Source of the DNA: Zootoca vivipara
Lineage: Eukaryota
Direction: 5' to 3'
Length of the DNA: 64,000 nucleotides
NCBI RefSeq assembly: GCF_963506605.1
Contig: NC_083288.1
Location: 42,284,001 to 42,348,000 of the forward strand
The notes beneath the pieces were generated by a model, which did not search any database, was not told where the DNA came from, and worked only from the letters and a program-made list of their open reading frames with translations. A program made the position numbers and the translations under genes. Of this stretch, positions 13,697 to 25,294 are shown in pieces (the first letter of the stretch is position 1; each line of letters starts with the position of its first letter).

Positions 13697-14856
13697 GTGC
13701 TAAACAACGCTCTACTCTTTTACACTGGCCTGCCCCACCCGAGACTTTTAACAGAGTTACAGCTTCATTAGAATATTCACCTTATACTGAAAAAATCATT
13801 AAGTTGATACGGAAACACTGACACATCCTTTGGAATGTGCCAGGTTGCTCGGATTTCCCTTTGATAGGACTTAAACGGACTAATTGTCTTAAGAACTTAT
13901 TAGCGCATACAGATGTTAACAGACTATCTTGCACCCGTATCTCTGGGGGTCCTGGGGGTCATTTTAAATGTGGGAGGTGTCCCACTTGCCTCTGGCCTTG
14001 CAAACTAAGGTGATTTATAATGAAAAGACGAAATTCAAGTTTGTTATTAACCATTTCAGCACATGCCAAACTAAAGAGGTAGTATATTTAATCAGATGCC
14101 CATGTAACTTATTTTATATAGGTTCAACTACTCGGTCTGTGGGAATACGAATTGGTGAACACCGATCCCGCATTAGGAATGCAGTCCTGGAAGCACCCCT
14201 GGCTGAGCATTTTTTAGCCAACAATCATTCAGACTCGGACTTGCTGTACACCGTGTTGTGGATTAATAGGAGGAAGGGGAATGCTAAACGAGATTATGTT
14301 AGATTATTAAGACAGAAAGAATCACAATTTATTTTCATGTTCAAAACGCTCCATCCAGAAGGATTGAACTCTGAGTTTGATTTGAGTTGTTTCATTTAAT
14401 TAGATTACTTTCAGGATCTTGAGGTGCATGTTACTTTAAAATTCCATTAGCCTTGGTTGACTAGGGTGTGACCTGTGGTGTTATTGTATATTAAGCTCTT
14501 TATTCCTTGCGTCAGGCAGCAGGGGTTACATATGAGTATGACCCCTGTTCTGCAGAGTACACGCAAGTACTAGGTATGTTGTATCTTTGTTTTATTGTTG
14601 AATCTTCCTGTATTTTTGCATTGTGAAAATAATATGGACTGTATAGCCCATGCCGGCTATTGACCTGATTATAATGTATGATTTAATAGTATGTATGACA
14701 TGATTATTGACTTATACTTATTTGATTTATTTTAGTTATAAAACTGAAGAAGCATTAACCGAAACAGATGATTACCCTGGATCACTGTCTGTGGTTAACT
14801 ACAGGTTAAAACAGTTATATTTTGCCCAAGAACTGGTAGACGTGTTGCCTCCTTTT
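13697..14856 (+). mobile_element. Penelope-like element (Neptune type), 5'-truncated, GIY-YIG endonuclease
   Basis: ORF 13968..14399 reads VVYLIRCPCNLFYIGSTTR...RIGEHRSRI...LAEHF...LRQKESQFIFMFKTLHPEGLN. An upstream frame (1-bp frameshift) encodes GHFKCGRCPTC, the Cys linker typical of Neptune. It interrupts the V2R intergenic unit after TTTGCAC and runs into the gap. Confidence 0.85.
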
Positions 14857-15000
14857 NNNNNNNNNNNNNNNNNNNNNNNNNNNNNNNNNNNNNNNNNNNN
14901 NNNNNNNNNNNNNNNNNNNNNNNNNNNNNNNNNNNNNNNNNNNNNNNNNNNNNNNNNNNNNNNNNNNNNNNNNNNNNNNNNNNNNNNNNNNNNNNNNNNN
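14857..15000. other. Assembly gap (N run)
   Basis: 144 Ns. Confidence 1.
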
Positions 15001-15113
15001 AAGTCCAGTCGCGAATGACTCTGGGGTTGTGGTGCTCATCTCGCTCTATAGGCCGAGGGAGCCGGCGTTCATCCACAGACAGTTTTTCCAGGTCATGTGG
15101 CCAGCATGACTAA
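15001..15113 (-). mobile_element. Sauria (Squam1) SINE 3' fragment
   Basis: Reverse complement of the SINE at 15925-16040. The tail points into the gap. Confidence 0.85.
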
Positions 15114-15785
15114 GTATGTTTTTATTTCATCTAAGCTGCATGAGATTTTGATTTCAATGATAAGCAATGAGGAAAAAACCCCACTGGAAATACAACCCTT
15201 TGGTCTCAACAGAGGGATGAAATCAACTTGTTTGATCAAAACACTGGCCTCTTGAAATTCTGACATGGAAAGACAAAACCTAGGGAGTTGAGGAGCTTTC
15301 CACTACATAGATTGCATTCAAAGTTCACATGAAAGAACAATGACATTAGTTGGTGTCCTTGTCTTGCCAAGGGATGAGAGAAAAGCACCAGCTTTTATGC
15401 TGGAGAAACTAAAATCAGACAGGGGTAATGTCTCTGCCAAAATGGAAACACATTTCGAATTCGTTGGCAGGGCTCAATATTACCCCTTTTTGTTATTCTT
15501 GCGTCTCCCTTTCCTTATCACATTTTGTGACTACGTTCCTTGCAAAAATGTAAAAAGATGTGCCAGGAAGTCGTTATTAAATTTCCCTTCCCTTTCTTTG
15601 TGTTTTACAAATGGGAATATAATTTAAGGGCAGACATACTCATTCTTGTACTCCACCCCAATCTCTAAGTGGTGTGAGATTTCCGTGCTTTAAGCGCTCA
15701 CCCAGGCTTTGTGTTTTCATTTGGAAGGGGGCACAGCAGAGACTGTGGCATTTTTAGAATATATGGTTTATTTGCATAGATATAT

Positions 15786-16056
15786 GAGCTCCCGTTGTTC
15801 GGTCCCAGCTCCTGCCAACCTAGCAGTTCGAAAGCACGTCAAAGTGTAAGTAGATAAATAGGTACCACCCTGGCAGGAAGATAAACGGTGTTTTCGTGCG
15901 CTGTTCTCGTTTCGTCAGAAGCGGCTTAGTCATGCTGGCCACATGACCTGGAAAAACTGTCTGTGGATGAACGCCGGCTCCCTTGGCCTATAGAGCGAGA
16001 TGAGCACCACAACCCCAGAGTCATTCGCAACTGGACTTAACTGTCAGGGTTCCTTT
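15786..16056 (+). mobile_element. Sauria (Squam1) SINE, 5'-truncated
   Basis: GAGCTCCCGTTG...CCAACCTAGCAGTTCGAAAGCAC...GTCATGCTGGCCACATGACC...CCTTT matches the full copy at 48213. Confidence 0.9.
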
Positions 16057-16184
16057 NNNNNNNNNNNNNNNNNNNNNNNNNNNNNNNNNNNNNNNNNNNN
16101 NNNNNNNNNNNNNNNNNNNNNNNNNNNNNNNNNNNNNNNNNNNNNNNNNNNNNNNNNNNNNNNNNNNNNNNNNNNNNNNNNNNN
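16057..16184. other. Assembly gap (N run)
   Basis: 128 Ns. Confidence 1.
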
Positions 16185-16527
16185 GAGGTGTTCACAGCAT
16201 TAACTCCCTAAAGGGTCTAAATTGTAGTCTTGAATTAAAAAAGACATCAAACATTGCTCTGTCAGTCTTTCTCCAGCTTGCTGATTTATTTCTAGGTTGC
16301 ATCACTGAAAACTCTCAACTCTAAACCCAGGCTTTGTCCTTCCAACCAATTGAGGGAGGAGCCCCACCCATTTACTGTCTCACATAGAGCCCCCTTTCCT
16401 TTGTTCTCCTAATGGCCCATCACCTAGGCAATCACCTCAACACAGGAAGGTAGCCTGGCTTATATCTTAACACTTGCTGGATAGAGGAGTTAGAAGGATG
16501 CCACATGCAGCCTTCCCCTTTATTTAA

Positions 16528-16584
16528 TTTCCTTCGTATTAATGGACCCCTATCATTCAGTTCAGGCCTCCACAACATAATGTA
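16528..16584 (-). pseudogene. Relic of the C-terminal tail of a divergent V2R exon 6
   Basis: The minus strand encodes YIMLWRPELNDRGPLIRRK, compared with [19 protein letters not shown] in genes C and D. No other part of that gene is adjacent. Confidence 0.75.
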
Positions 16585-17034
16585 GTCCAGATGTACAAAT
16601 ATGGAATGGAGGGAGGGAGGGAGGGAGGGAGGGAGAGGATATGTAGTTAATAGCAATACGATTTTTGGCTATGCTATTGTTTTGATGCCCAGGAAGTGTT
16701 AGTCGATTCATGTACACATAATTTACCCATAGACCTCTAAAAACATGCACAGAGAGAGATGGATCTCTTTTGTGAGTCAAACACATGGGGCCATGAAAAT
16801 GTGCCTAAACAGTTTTTAACTCAGAAAATCACAACACCGACAATTTCAAAAGCAAACTTTTATTAAAAGTTGGGTATGGGAAAATATGGTTTCAGCCACT
16901 ACGTTATAATCAATGCAATGTAATACTTTTGTTGGTGAATTTTAATTCTAATATTCTAATTCATTCATACTCCTTAATCTGGAGAGACAAGAGTTCCTTC
17001 AAAGTGGAATGAAAGTGGTGAATCATAACCCTTA

Positions 17035-17393
17035 CAGGTGAAACTCGGGAAATTAGAATATCGTCGAAAAGTGCATTTATTTCAGTAACGCAACTTAAAA
17101 GGTGAAACCAATGTATGAGATAGATGCATGACATGGAAAGCAAGATATGTCAAGCCTATATTTGTTTTAATTGTAATTATTTGTCGTTCGGCGGGTCAAT
17201 TATAAATCGAATGTAATTAATGAAATGTAATAGCGATGTTTATTGTTGTATTATTGTAACTATTTGTTTTATTACTGTGGAATTCCCAAAAGAAAGCATT
17301 TGTAAAAATTAAAAGAAAAAGAAAAAATAATAAGTTGCATTACTGAAATAAATGCACTTTTCAACGATATTCTAATTTTCTGAGTTTCACCTG
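17035..17393. mobile_element. Tc1/mariner MITE
   Basis: TIRs of about 63 bp starting CAGGTGAAACTC..AAATTAGAATATCGT, with a TA TSD on both sides. The empty site is visible in the paralogous sequence at about 40855-40880. Confidence 0.9.
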
Positions 17394-17923
17394 TAGTTGC
17401 AGAAGCCCCTATGGTGTGAACCACTCATGGGAAACCCCACAGGATCACTAGGAGGGGCCCCCTCTTCCTGCCAATTGCCACCAAGGATCCAGCCCAAAGC
17501 CCCTTCTCAGTGCTTTCTTTTTAAAATAGGTGTCAGAACTCTGCATGAACGCCTGTTTTGTTCTCTTAAAATGGCAATGGCAGCCTCCTGAGAGGTGCCG
17601 GAGCTGAGTTTCGGTGAGTTCTGGCTGGAGAAAAAGCTCAGCCTCTTCTTTCACTTGTGTTAGTATCCTGCCAATCTACCACCAAATCTAGCACATCAGC
17701 AACCAACCCACAAGGCCTTTATGAGTGCCTGCCTTAATTGGTTGCAATTAAGTGTACAGGCGGTGAGCATTTTGCTTGTGCCTGATGGACCTGTGACTGC
17801 CGATACACGCATCATTTTTGGCCCTGAAAGGGTGTGGAACAGGGCGGAACAGGTTTACATGAGACTACTGATTCATGTAATGACCCGGAACACATAATCC
17901 ACACAACCGGAGAATTGCTATTA

Positions 17924-18111
17924 CAATCATACCTCGGTTTAAGTATGCCTCGGTTTGAGTATTTTTAGTTTAAGTACTCCATGGACCTGTCTGGAACGGA
18001 TTAATCCACTTTCCATTACTATCAATGGGAAAGTTTGCTTCAGGTTAAGTATGCTTCAGGTTAAGTACAGACTTCCGGGACCAATTGTGTTTGTAAACCG
18101 AGGCACCACTG
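17924..18111. mobile_element. Tc1/mariner (pogo/Tigger-like) MITE
   Basis: TA|CAATCATACCTCGGTTT ... AAACCGAGGCACCACTG|TA. The empty site is in the paralog at about 2711-2740. Confidence 0.85.
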
Positions 18112-18564
18112 TACTCCATCTGACCTGTACACATTTATTATTACACAACTAAAAAACATTTGAAAATGCAACAACACAGAAGCATTTATCTAGGTTCTGA
18201 CTACTGAAAGTCAAGCAACCTGAATATTAAAACAAGCAACAGCAAGAATGTCAGCTGGCATTGAGGGGGGGGGACAACCCCCAAAAGCTTCCCATTCTCT
18301 CTCCCCCTTTCCTTGTCCAATTCTCCAGCTTTATCTTTTTTTCTTCTCTTTTTATTTTTCTTCTCTTTTTGAACATATTGCGAAGAAGCAGATATCATTA
18401 TTGGACTCAAAACCAGTGAAATCCAGCCAAACCCAAAGTGGAATCTGAAATAATTACATTTTGGGTGTTTGACGTATTTCCCTTTAAATTAGCTGGTAAT
18501 TTATTTCGCTCTTTCCCTTTCTGTAATATGGTCATGGAAATTGTCCATCTCTGCTGCTAAGGGC

Positions 18565-18786
18565 TGAGAAGAGAAGACTCCCTGGAAAAGACCCTGATGT
18601 TGGGGAAGATGGGGGGCACAAGGAGAAGGGGACGACAGAGGATGAGATGGTTGGAGAGTGTTCTCGAAGCTACCAACATGAGTCTGACCAAACTGTGGGA
18701 GGCAGTGGAAGACAGGAGTGCCTGGTGTGCTCTGGTCCATGGGGTCACGAAGAGTCAGACACGACTAAACGACTAAACAACAGCAA
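18565..18786 (+). mobile_element. BovB (RTE) LINE 3' end, 5'-truncated
   Basis: Ends GACACGACTAAACGACTAAACAACA, with a 12-bp TSD GCTGCTAAGGGC (18553..18564, 18787..18798). Empty site at about 2248-2260. Confidence 0.92.
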
Positions 18787-20589
18787 GCTGCTAAGGGCAG
18801 ATTGTTATAATAAATTTTCCTTAATGTTACATTTAATGAACATACCGTAAGCTTTCTTCCCAACTTAAAGTGGTGCCTTGGTATTTGTGTGATGGCCAAA
18901 CATTTTTACCCAGATTAACTTTCAGATTTACAGTTTTGAAGAAAGCAAGGAGAAAGAAAAAGGATAGGGGAGGTCCTTCAGAAACCTTTTAGTACTCAGT
19001 GACTGTTTCTATGTTCAGTTTTTAAAGGATTTCTACAGACTTATCCTACAAAATCTCCACTGGAATGGTGGAGGGATGTACATTAACAGGGTAAAATGGT
19101 TCATCTCTGCTGCTAAAAAGTCACGGGAAAGCATGAGGTCAGAATACTACAGTGCCTAAGAATGCCAAATGCTGAGTTGACCGTGAGCAGAGGAAAAGAT
19201 ACAGTGGATCTGGAATAGCTGAATATGGGAGGTTGAGGTTTCTGGGTGCTTCTTATCAGGGATACATACAAATCCCTGAACCAAATATTATATCCAGTGA
19301 CACAGACCTTTAATTTGTTCATCATTTTCTTCTTATTAGGTGCTCCCTATTGTTCAGCTCAGGCCTTAGCAAAATAATGTAACATTTTGGGGAAAAGATG
19401 CAACCCAACAACCCAGCACTGGAGGCTAAGATAGAGAAGATCTCCACAGCCACCATGTATTTCCCCTTTGAGCTCAGGTAGGCAGGAACAAAGGATAACC
19501 AAACACTGCAAAAGACCAACATGCTGAAAGTGATGAACTTGGCTTCGTTGAAACTGTCAGGTAATTTCCGGGCAAGGAAAGCCACAGTGAAACTGACCAA
19601 AGCTAGGAAGCCCATGTAGCCCAAGACAAGGTAAAAGAAGGTCACTGTCCCCTCATTGCACTCCAGTACAATTTCTTCAGCCATTGATTTCATATCAACA
19701 TTCGGGAATGGAGGAGAGATCACCAGCCATAGAGTGCAGATGACTGCCTGGATAAGGGAGCAGGAGAGGACAATAGAGTTCGCCAGTCCCTTCCCCACCC
19801 ACTTCCTCATCCTGGATCCTGGTTTTGTGGCCATGAAAGCCAGAACCACAGTGATGGTTTTTGCCAACACACAAGAAACAGCCACTGAGAAGATGATGCC
19901 AAAAACAGTTTGTCGGAGGAGACATGTCACCTTGTTCGGGTATCCGATGAACAGTAATGCAGAAAGGAAGCAAAGCAAGAGGGAGATGAGCAGTGAGTAG
20001 GTGAGGTCCCGGTTGTTAGCTTTCACAACGGGAGTGTCCCTGTGCTTCACAAATATTTCCAGTACCAGTGCTGTAATGAGAGCTAAGGAAAGAGCCGAAC
20101 AGGCTAAGCTGAGGCCTAAAGGTTCTTCAAAGGACAAGAAAGTTGTATGCTTGGCAATACATATATTCTTATGTTTGTTTGGATACTTTTCATCTTCACA
20201 TTCATTGCAGTCATTCATGTCTGAGAAAGAAAGACATGGTTCTGAATCCAAAAAGTATGACCAACATGTGACTACTCTTCTTCTATTTTGTTTCATTTCA
20301 ACATTTCTTTTAAAAAAATTAAAGTATGATCTTTTGAATACATAATTAAAATGATTTAAAAGGGTCCAAGGCTTACACCAGTTCTAGAAGCATCACATTC
20401 ACCTCAGCCTGCTTGATCTTTCTTTATTATATCATATCAAGGCGAAATTATAGCATATTATTTCCAGCTGTTACTGAAACCTCATGGCTCATCTGAAAAT
20501 CCACTTTATACTAATCTTTTCCAAACTGGTGGAGTTTGCTATAGGATTCTTCCTTAATAACATCAGTCAACATCCAGAATCACATCACA

Positions 20590-20648
<59 letters not shown>

Positions 20649-23599
20649 TTTCATTATGTCCCTCTTCAGCTAGATTTCTCAATATTTCCTGAACTGTGAA
20701 ATGAATCTTGGTGAATCCATGATGTCATATGCATGTTCTTGATTAGAGGCAACAGGCCTTAAATATATACAATATATACAAGCTATAAATATACCGTATA
20801 CAATAAATTTCTTACCCTCCTGGTCTGATATCTTCCCTTCTGGACATGGGATGCAATCGTAGCAGCAAAATGCTTCCCCCTCCTTCACCTTCCTGCAAAA
20901 ACCAGGGTGGCAGCTCTCAGTACATACAGAGATAGGCTGTGTCTAATACACAAATGAAAGAGAAAGATGTATACAGAAAGTGGACTCAAAGTCCTCTCAA
21001 AGTTGAGCTCTTCATTAAAAGGAATTTGCAAAAGAACAACATTCAATTCACTTAATAGGTTGTTTCAATTCCATTTTGAGTCATTTCCTGACATTTCCCA
21101 TTGACTCATTGTGCAAACTCCAATAAATTGTTGTTTTTTTGCCATTACTCTTGTGGATAGTAATATTTTTAATATCCTGTACAGTCAGGGCTCAGACTAG
21201 GTATGCACACCTCTTTCTGCCAGAGTGACATTAAGGGGTTGTGGCGGTGTCCCTTAATGCAAATTAAGCCTCAAGGTTATACACCTGCTATTCTAAAACT
21301 TTGAAGCATGGCTAGGGCGTACCCAGCGTGTGGCGGGGGGGCGCTGCCCCTCCCTAGAGGGGAGCCGCTGCCCCCCCTAGAAGCAAAAATTAAGCGTGGC
21401 AAAAGCGGCTCCCCGTCCTCCTCCCCGCTCCTTCCCTGGCTGTCTCTCCGGCAAAGCCTCTCAAAGGGGAGGAGTTGTGAGTGGGAGCCGGTTCCCTGCG
21501 TTGGCAAGGGGGCTATCGGCTCCTTGCCTTAGCCGTCCCAGTTGCCATGCCCTGCCTACTGCACCCAGCCATTAGGGCTGGCTCGGGGGCGGGGGCTAGT
21601 TGCATTCAAACAGCCGCGGCAGCCCTGAGCCATCCTTCCTTATTGCCTCCAGTCCTCCTTCGCTCAGCTGACTACCTTGGGCTTTGAGCTGGCAGCACCT
21701 CGCCGCTCGCCCCTTTCGGCTTTTCCTGGCTTGTCCACAGAAGCGGAACAGGTTCATTCTCCCTGGGAGTGGTAACGTTCGGGGATCAGGGCTTGTACCT
21801 GCGGGGGGGGGGGGTTCTTGTTTTGGAGGCTTTTTTCTTTGCTGATTACTTTCTAATTGGGCATGTTCTGCCTTTTAACTGCTTTACAGTTTAGCAAAGG
21901 CTTTTGGTGGGGAGGGGTGCATCTGGGAGCGTGGCTGAGCATTTTTCCCTTCCTGCATCTGGGAGCGTTTTTTCCCTTCCTGCTGCTGCTTGGCTCCTCC
22001 CCCTTACTCCTCACTCCCCGTCTTTGCCTCTGTTGGGATTAATAACATATCTTTGTGGGGCGTGTGTGTGGCTGAGGGAAGCGTGTCCCGGCTGCACGGC
22101 TGTTTTATTTTATTTTATTTTATTTTAGTTGTCTTTGTGGGAGTGGAGCTCCCCCCCCATCTTCGGCCAGTGAAGGTCAGCCTAGCTCGTTGGGGCATGT
22201 AGTTAGCTTTATTGTGACTTTATCTTGCCTGCTCAGTTGCCCTTTTGCCGAAACACCTACCGTAAATTGCTCTTAATAGTTATCATTGTCTGAGCCTGCA
22301 GCGTCAATTGCCTATCGTTCTCGTCGTCTAGCAACCAGTGTTTCAGAGGGATTTCTCATGTGAGTGTGGTTGGTAGGGAGAGCCCTTATACAGTTCTTAC
22401 GAGCCTTTTAAAGAACAGAAACTTCTGCACTGTAGCCAAAGCCAATTAAACTGCTTTTTAACGTATCTTAAATTCTATCTTAAATGGTGTGACTCACCCT
22501 GGGGACTGTTCCAGGAGTTTAAAAACTGCACAGGCTACTGGCTAGTCAAAGCTACTCCTTTAACAAAGCATGAAGTAGAGAACACTTTCTCCCCCACATT
22601 CCTTATGCACTAAGCAAAAAAAAAAGGGGGGGGGACAATAAAATTGGTTCCCTTTTCACTAGAACACCATAAATTCAAACCTTGAGGAAAAAGAAAAGAA
22701 AAAAGACACCAGGTGCAAAATTGGTTATGAGCGAGAGAAAGGGACTCTGTTGCACCAAGTGTCAGGCCTTTGTGATCTTGATGTGGGTATGATGATTTCA
22801 GACCTAATTTGTGCATTCTGCTAACACAAAAGTTCTTGCAGCTCCTAAGTGATCTTTCAATGCAGAAGGAACACACTCATTAGGTTTTTTTCACCTTCTC
22901 ACCTGCCTTCATTAAGGCATACCCTTTACAATCCCAATTGAACAGCAGGGGACATTATGAGCTAACTGAGAAGTGCCCCCCCTTTAACATGTGTTTCTCC
23001 CCTCCATCACTGAGCACCAGAGAAGAGTGCTGCATGTAGATCATCTTTTCATCAAATTTGTACAGCAAAAAACAGTTGCTGTTGTTGAATGCTTTAAGAA
23101 AAAATAAACAAAGCCCTGGGAAACTAAAGTAAGAAGATAGAGAAATTGGATAACAAATCCCCCTCCCCCAGAATGTATCTAAACTGCGCCTCGTGATTAC
23201 ATAAACATCAATATCAAGAAATTTCCCAAATGGGTTTGGGGAGCTGTGAATTCTTAATTTTCTGAAGCAAACTTAAGACATGTTTATCAATTCAAGGGTA
23301 TGGATATAGATCACTCAAAACCACAAAAGGGGGGGGGATGTATCCTGCAACTAAAACAACAACTCTAATGTAGATTTATTTTGTTATAAAAATGCACACA
23401 CCATGGTTTTGTTTCTGTTGGTTATTCTTCACATTTGCCTTTCCTTGTTCTTTGTATGCATGAAGACAACCCTCAATACCAACTTTTCAGATGGAAATAA
23501 TATGTATCTGTCTCTCTTCTGCACACATTTGCTGAGTATTTTAATCATAGTATCACAGAACTGGATGGTTGGAAGGGACCCCCCAAGGGTCCTCTAGAC

Positions 23600-25072
23600 C
23601 ACGGGTGTCAAACACAAGGCCCGGGGGCCTAATCCGGCCCGCCAGACCTCGTCATGTGGCCCGCGTAGCCGCCACCGACATTAGCCGCTGACAGTAGTTC
23701 TGGAGCCTGCGATTGGCCGAGGGTCAAAACCGGGGGCGGGGCTGCAGGCGGAGGCCGGGGCACTGGAGCCGCGCTGACGGCCTTGGCCAGGGAATTTCAA
23801 TTTCGAATGAGGCTGAGGGAGGTGGTGGCACAGCGGCCAGACGGGGAAGTGAGATGCAGGAGGAGGAGGAGGAAGCCCGCCGATGAGGTAGGAAAGCCCT
23901 ACAGGTGTCGCCGGCAAAGTTGGTGCCGGGACGGAGCAGCGCTGGATATTTTTTTGGCGGGCTTTGCTGTTGTCTCTGAGAGTGAGTGAGGCGGCACTGG
24001 GGAGCCGCCGCCCACCGCTTCCCTTCCTCTCCTTGGCTGCATCCGGGAGGTGGGCGAGTGAGCGGGCGAAAGGGACGCGGAGTGAGCCTGAGGGGGAAGT
24101 AGGCGAAGCGCAACAGCCACTCTCTTGATGGAGCCGGGTTTCTCTTCCCTCTTCCCCCGTTTTCTCCTCATAGACACTCGGGAGGGTGCCTGGCTTTTGC
24201 TCTGCCCCCCCACCCCCGAGCCGCCCTTTGGCTTCTCAGTTCCTGCAGAGCTGCTCCCCGGGGGGCGGCCGGGAGGGAGGCGGCGGCGACGGCACGGGTT
24301 CCTGCTCTTCCCGCTCTGCCGCTGCCTCCTCTCAGCCCCTCGTGATGTAGGGCTCCAGATGGAGTCGCCTCGCGGTTTGAGTAGGTGGGAGGGGATTTTT
24401 TTTGGGGGGGAGGTTTTCAAGCCTCCTCCGCCTGCAGTCCCGGTAGGGAGAGGCGGCGGCGAAGACGACAACAGCGCGGGTGGGGGGAAGAGCAGCTCTG
24501 AGGCGAAGATGCACGTCCGCTGGGGCTGCCGCCGCCCTCCTCCTCAGGAAATCCGCTGCCCTCCCTCAGCGTGAGGGGAAGGGACTCTGGCGCTGAGGAG
24601 GGAGGATGCAAAAGCAAAGCAGGGAGTTGGCGCTGCACTGCATGTTCCTGCCCCTCTCCAAAGCATGGGGTGGGTTGCAGCGTGTGGCATCCTGCCTAGC
24701 GGGGTTTGGGTGTGCGCAGGGCGGGAGAGGGAAGCCCTCTTTCCATCTGCAGGTTTTTAATCCCAGCAGTGGCTTTCTCCCTGCCGAAGGTTTAGTTGAG
24801 CCCCCCCCCCCCGGGAAGCCGTCGATCCCCACCTTTTGTTCAAATTTCCCTCGTTTACATCCCCTCCCACACACGCGCCATGACGCAGGAATGTGATCCG
24901 CGTGGGGGCGGGAATGAGCTTACATTATTACTAAAAACAGTAATAATTGAATGCAGTGACAATAATTTATGATAATAAAGAGTGGACACATAGTCCTACA
25001 GACACAACCGGCCCTTTGAGGGTGACCAAACTGCTGATGCGGCCCCCGATGAATTTGAGTTTGACACCCCTG
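23600..25072. mobile_element. Nested hAT-Charlie-type non-autonomous element with CpG-island-like interior
   Basis: TIRs CACGGGTGTCAAAC / GTTTGACACCCCTG and a perfect 8-bp TSD CTCTAGAC (23592..23599, 25073..25080), which fits the Charlie NTCTAGAN target. It splits a CR1-type tail. Confidence 0.9.
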
Positions 25073-25164
25073 CTCTAGACCAACCCCCTCCAGTGCAGGA
25101 ATCACACCACAAGCATCTCTCACAAAACAAGTTTGCTCCATCTTCCCTATGAACAGGCCTTCAG

Positions 25165-25294
25165 ATACAACAGAATAACAGAACCATTCACAGAGTTGGA
25201 AGGGAACCACCAGGGTCATCTAGTCCAACCCCCTCCAATGCAGGAATCTTTTGCCCAACATGGGGCTTGGAACCACAACCCTGAGATTAAGAGT
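25165..25294 (-). mobile_element. tRNA-Lys(CTT)-derived SINE with CR1-type 3' tail, 5'-truncated
   Basis: The minus strand reads ACTCTTAATCTCAGGGTTGTGGTTCCAAGCCCCATGTTGGGC (tRNA-Lys 3' half) followed by GGTTGGACTAGATGACC...TTCCAACTCTGTG (CR1 tail). A second tail at about 23545-23599/25081-25103 is split by the Charlie element. Confidence 0.7.

Noticed and set aside
15340-15627. 95-aa ORF nearly identical to 31121..31420
   Set aside because: The identity comes from duplicated V2R upstream DNA, and no corresponding ORF is listed in the gene B flank.
14707-16203. ORFs spanning N runs
   Set aside because: Artefacts of the assembly gaps.
20221-20296. N-terminal extensions of the V2R-C exon 6 ORF and of the OR ORFs (50175, 56510)
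   Set aside because: They run through polypyrimidine tracts and acceptor sites conserved among paralogs, so they are intronic.
23681-24896. Many overlapping 60-190-aa ORFs in the GC-rich cargo
   Set aside because: They are low-complexity Pro/Arg/Gly ORFs expected when stop codons are scarce at high GC. No recognisable domain.
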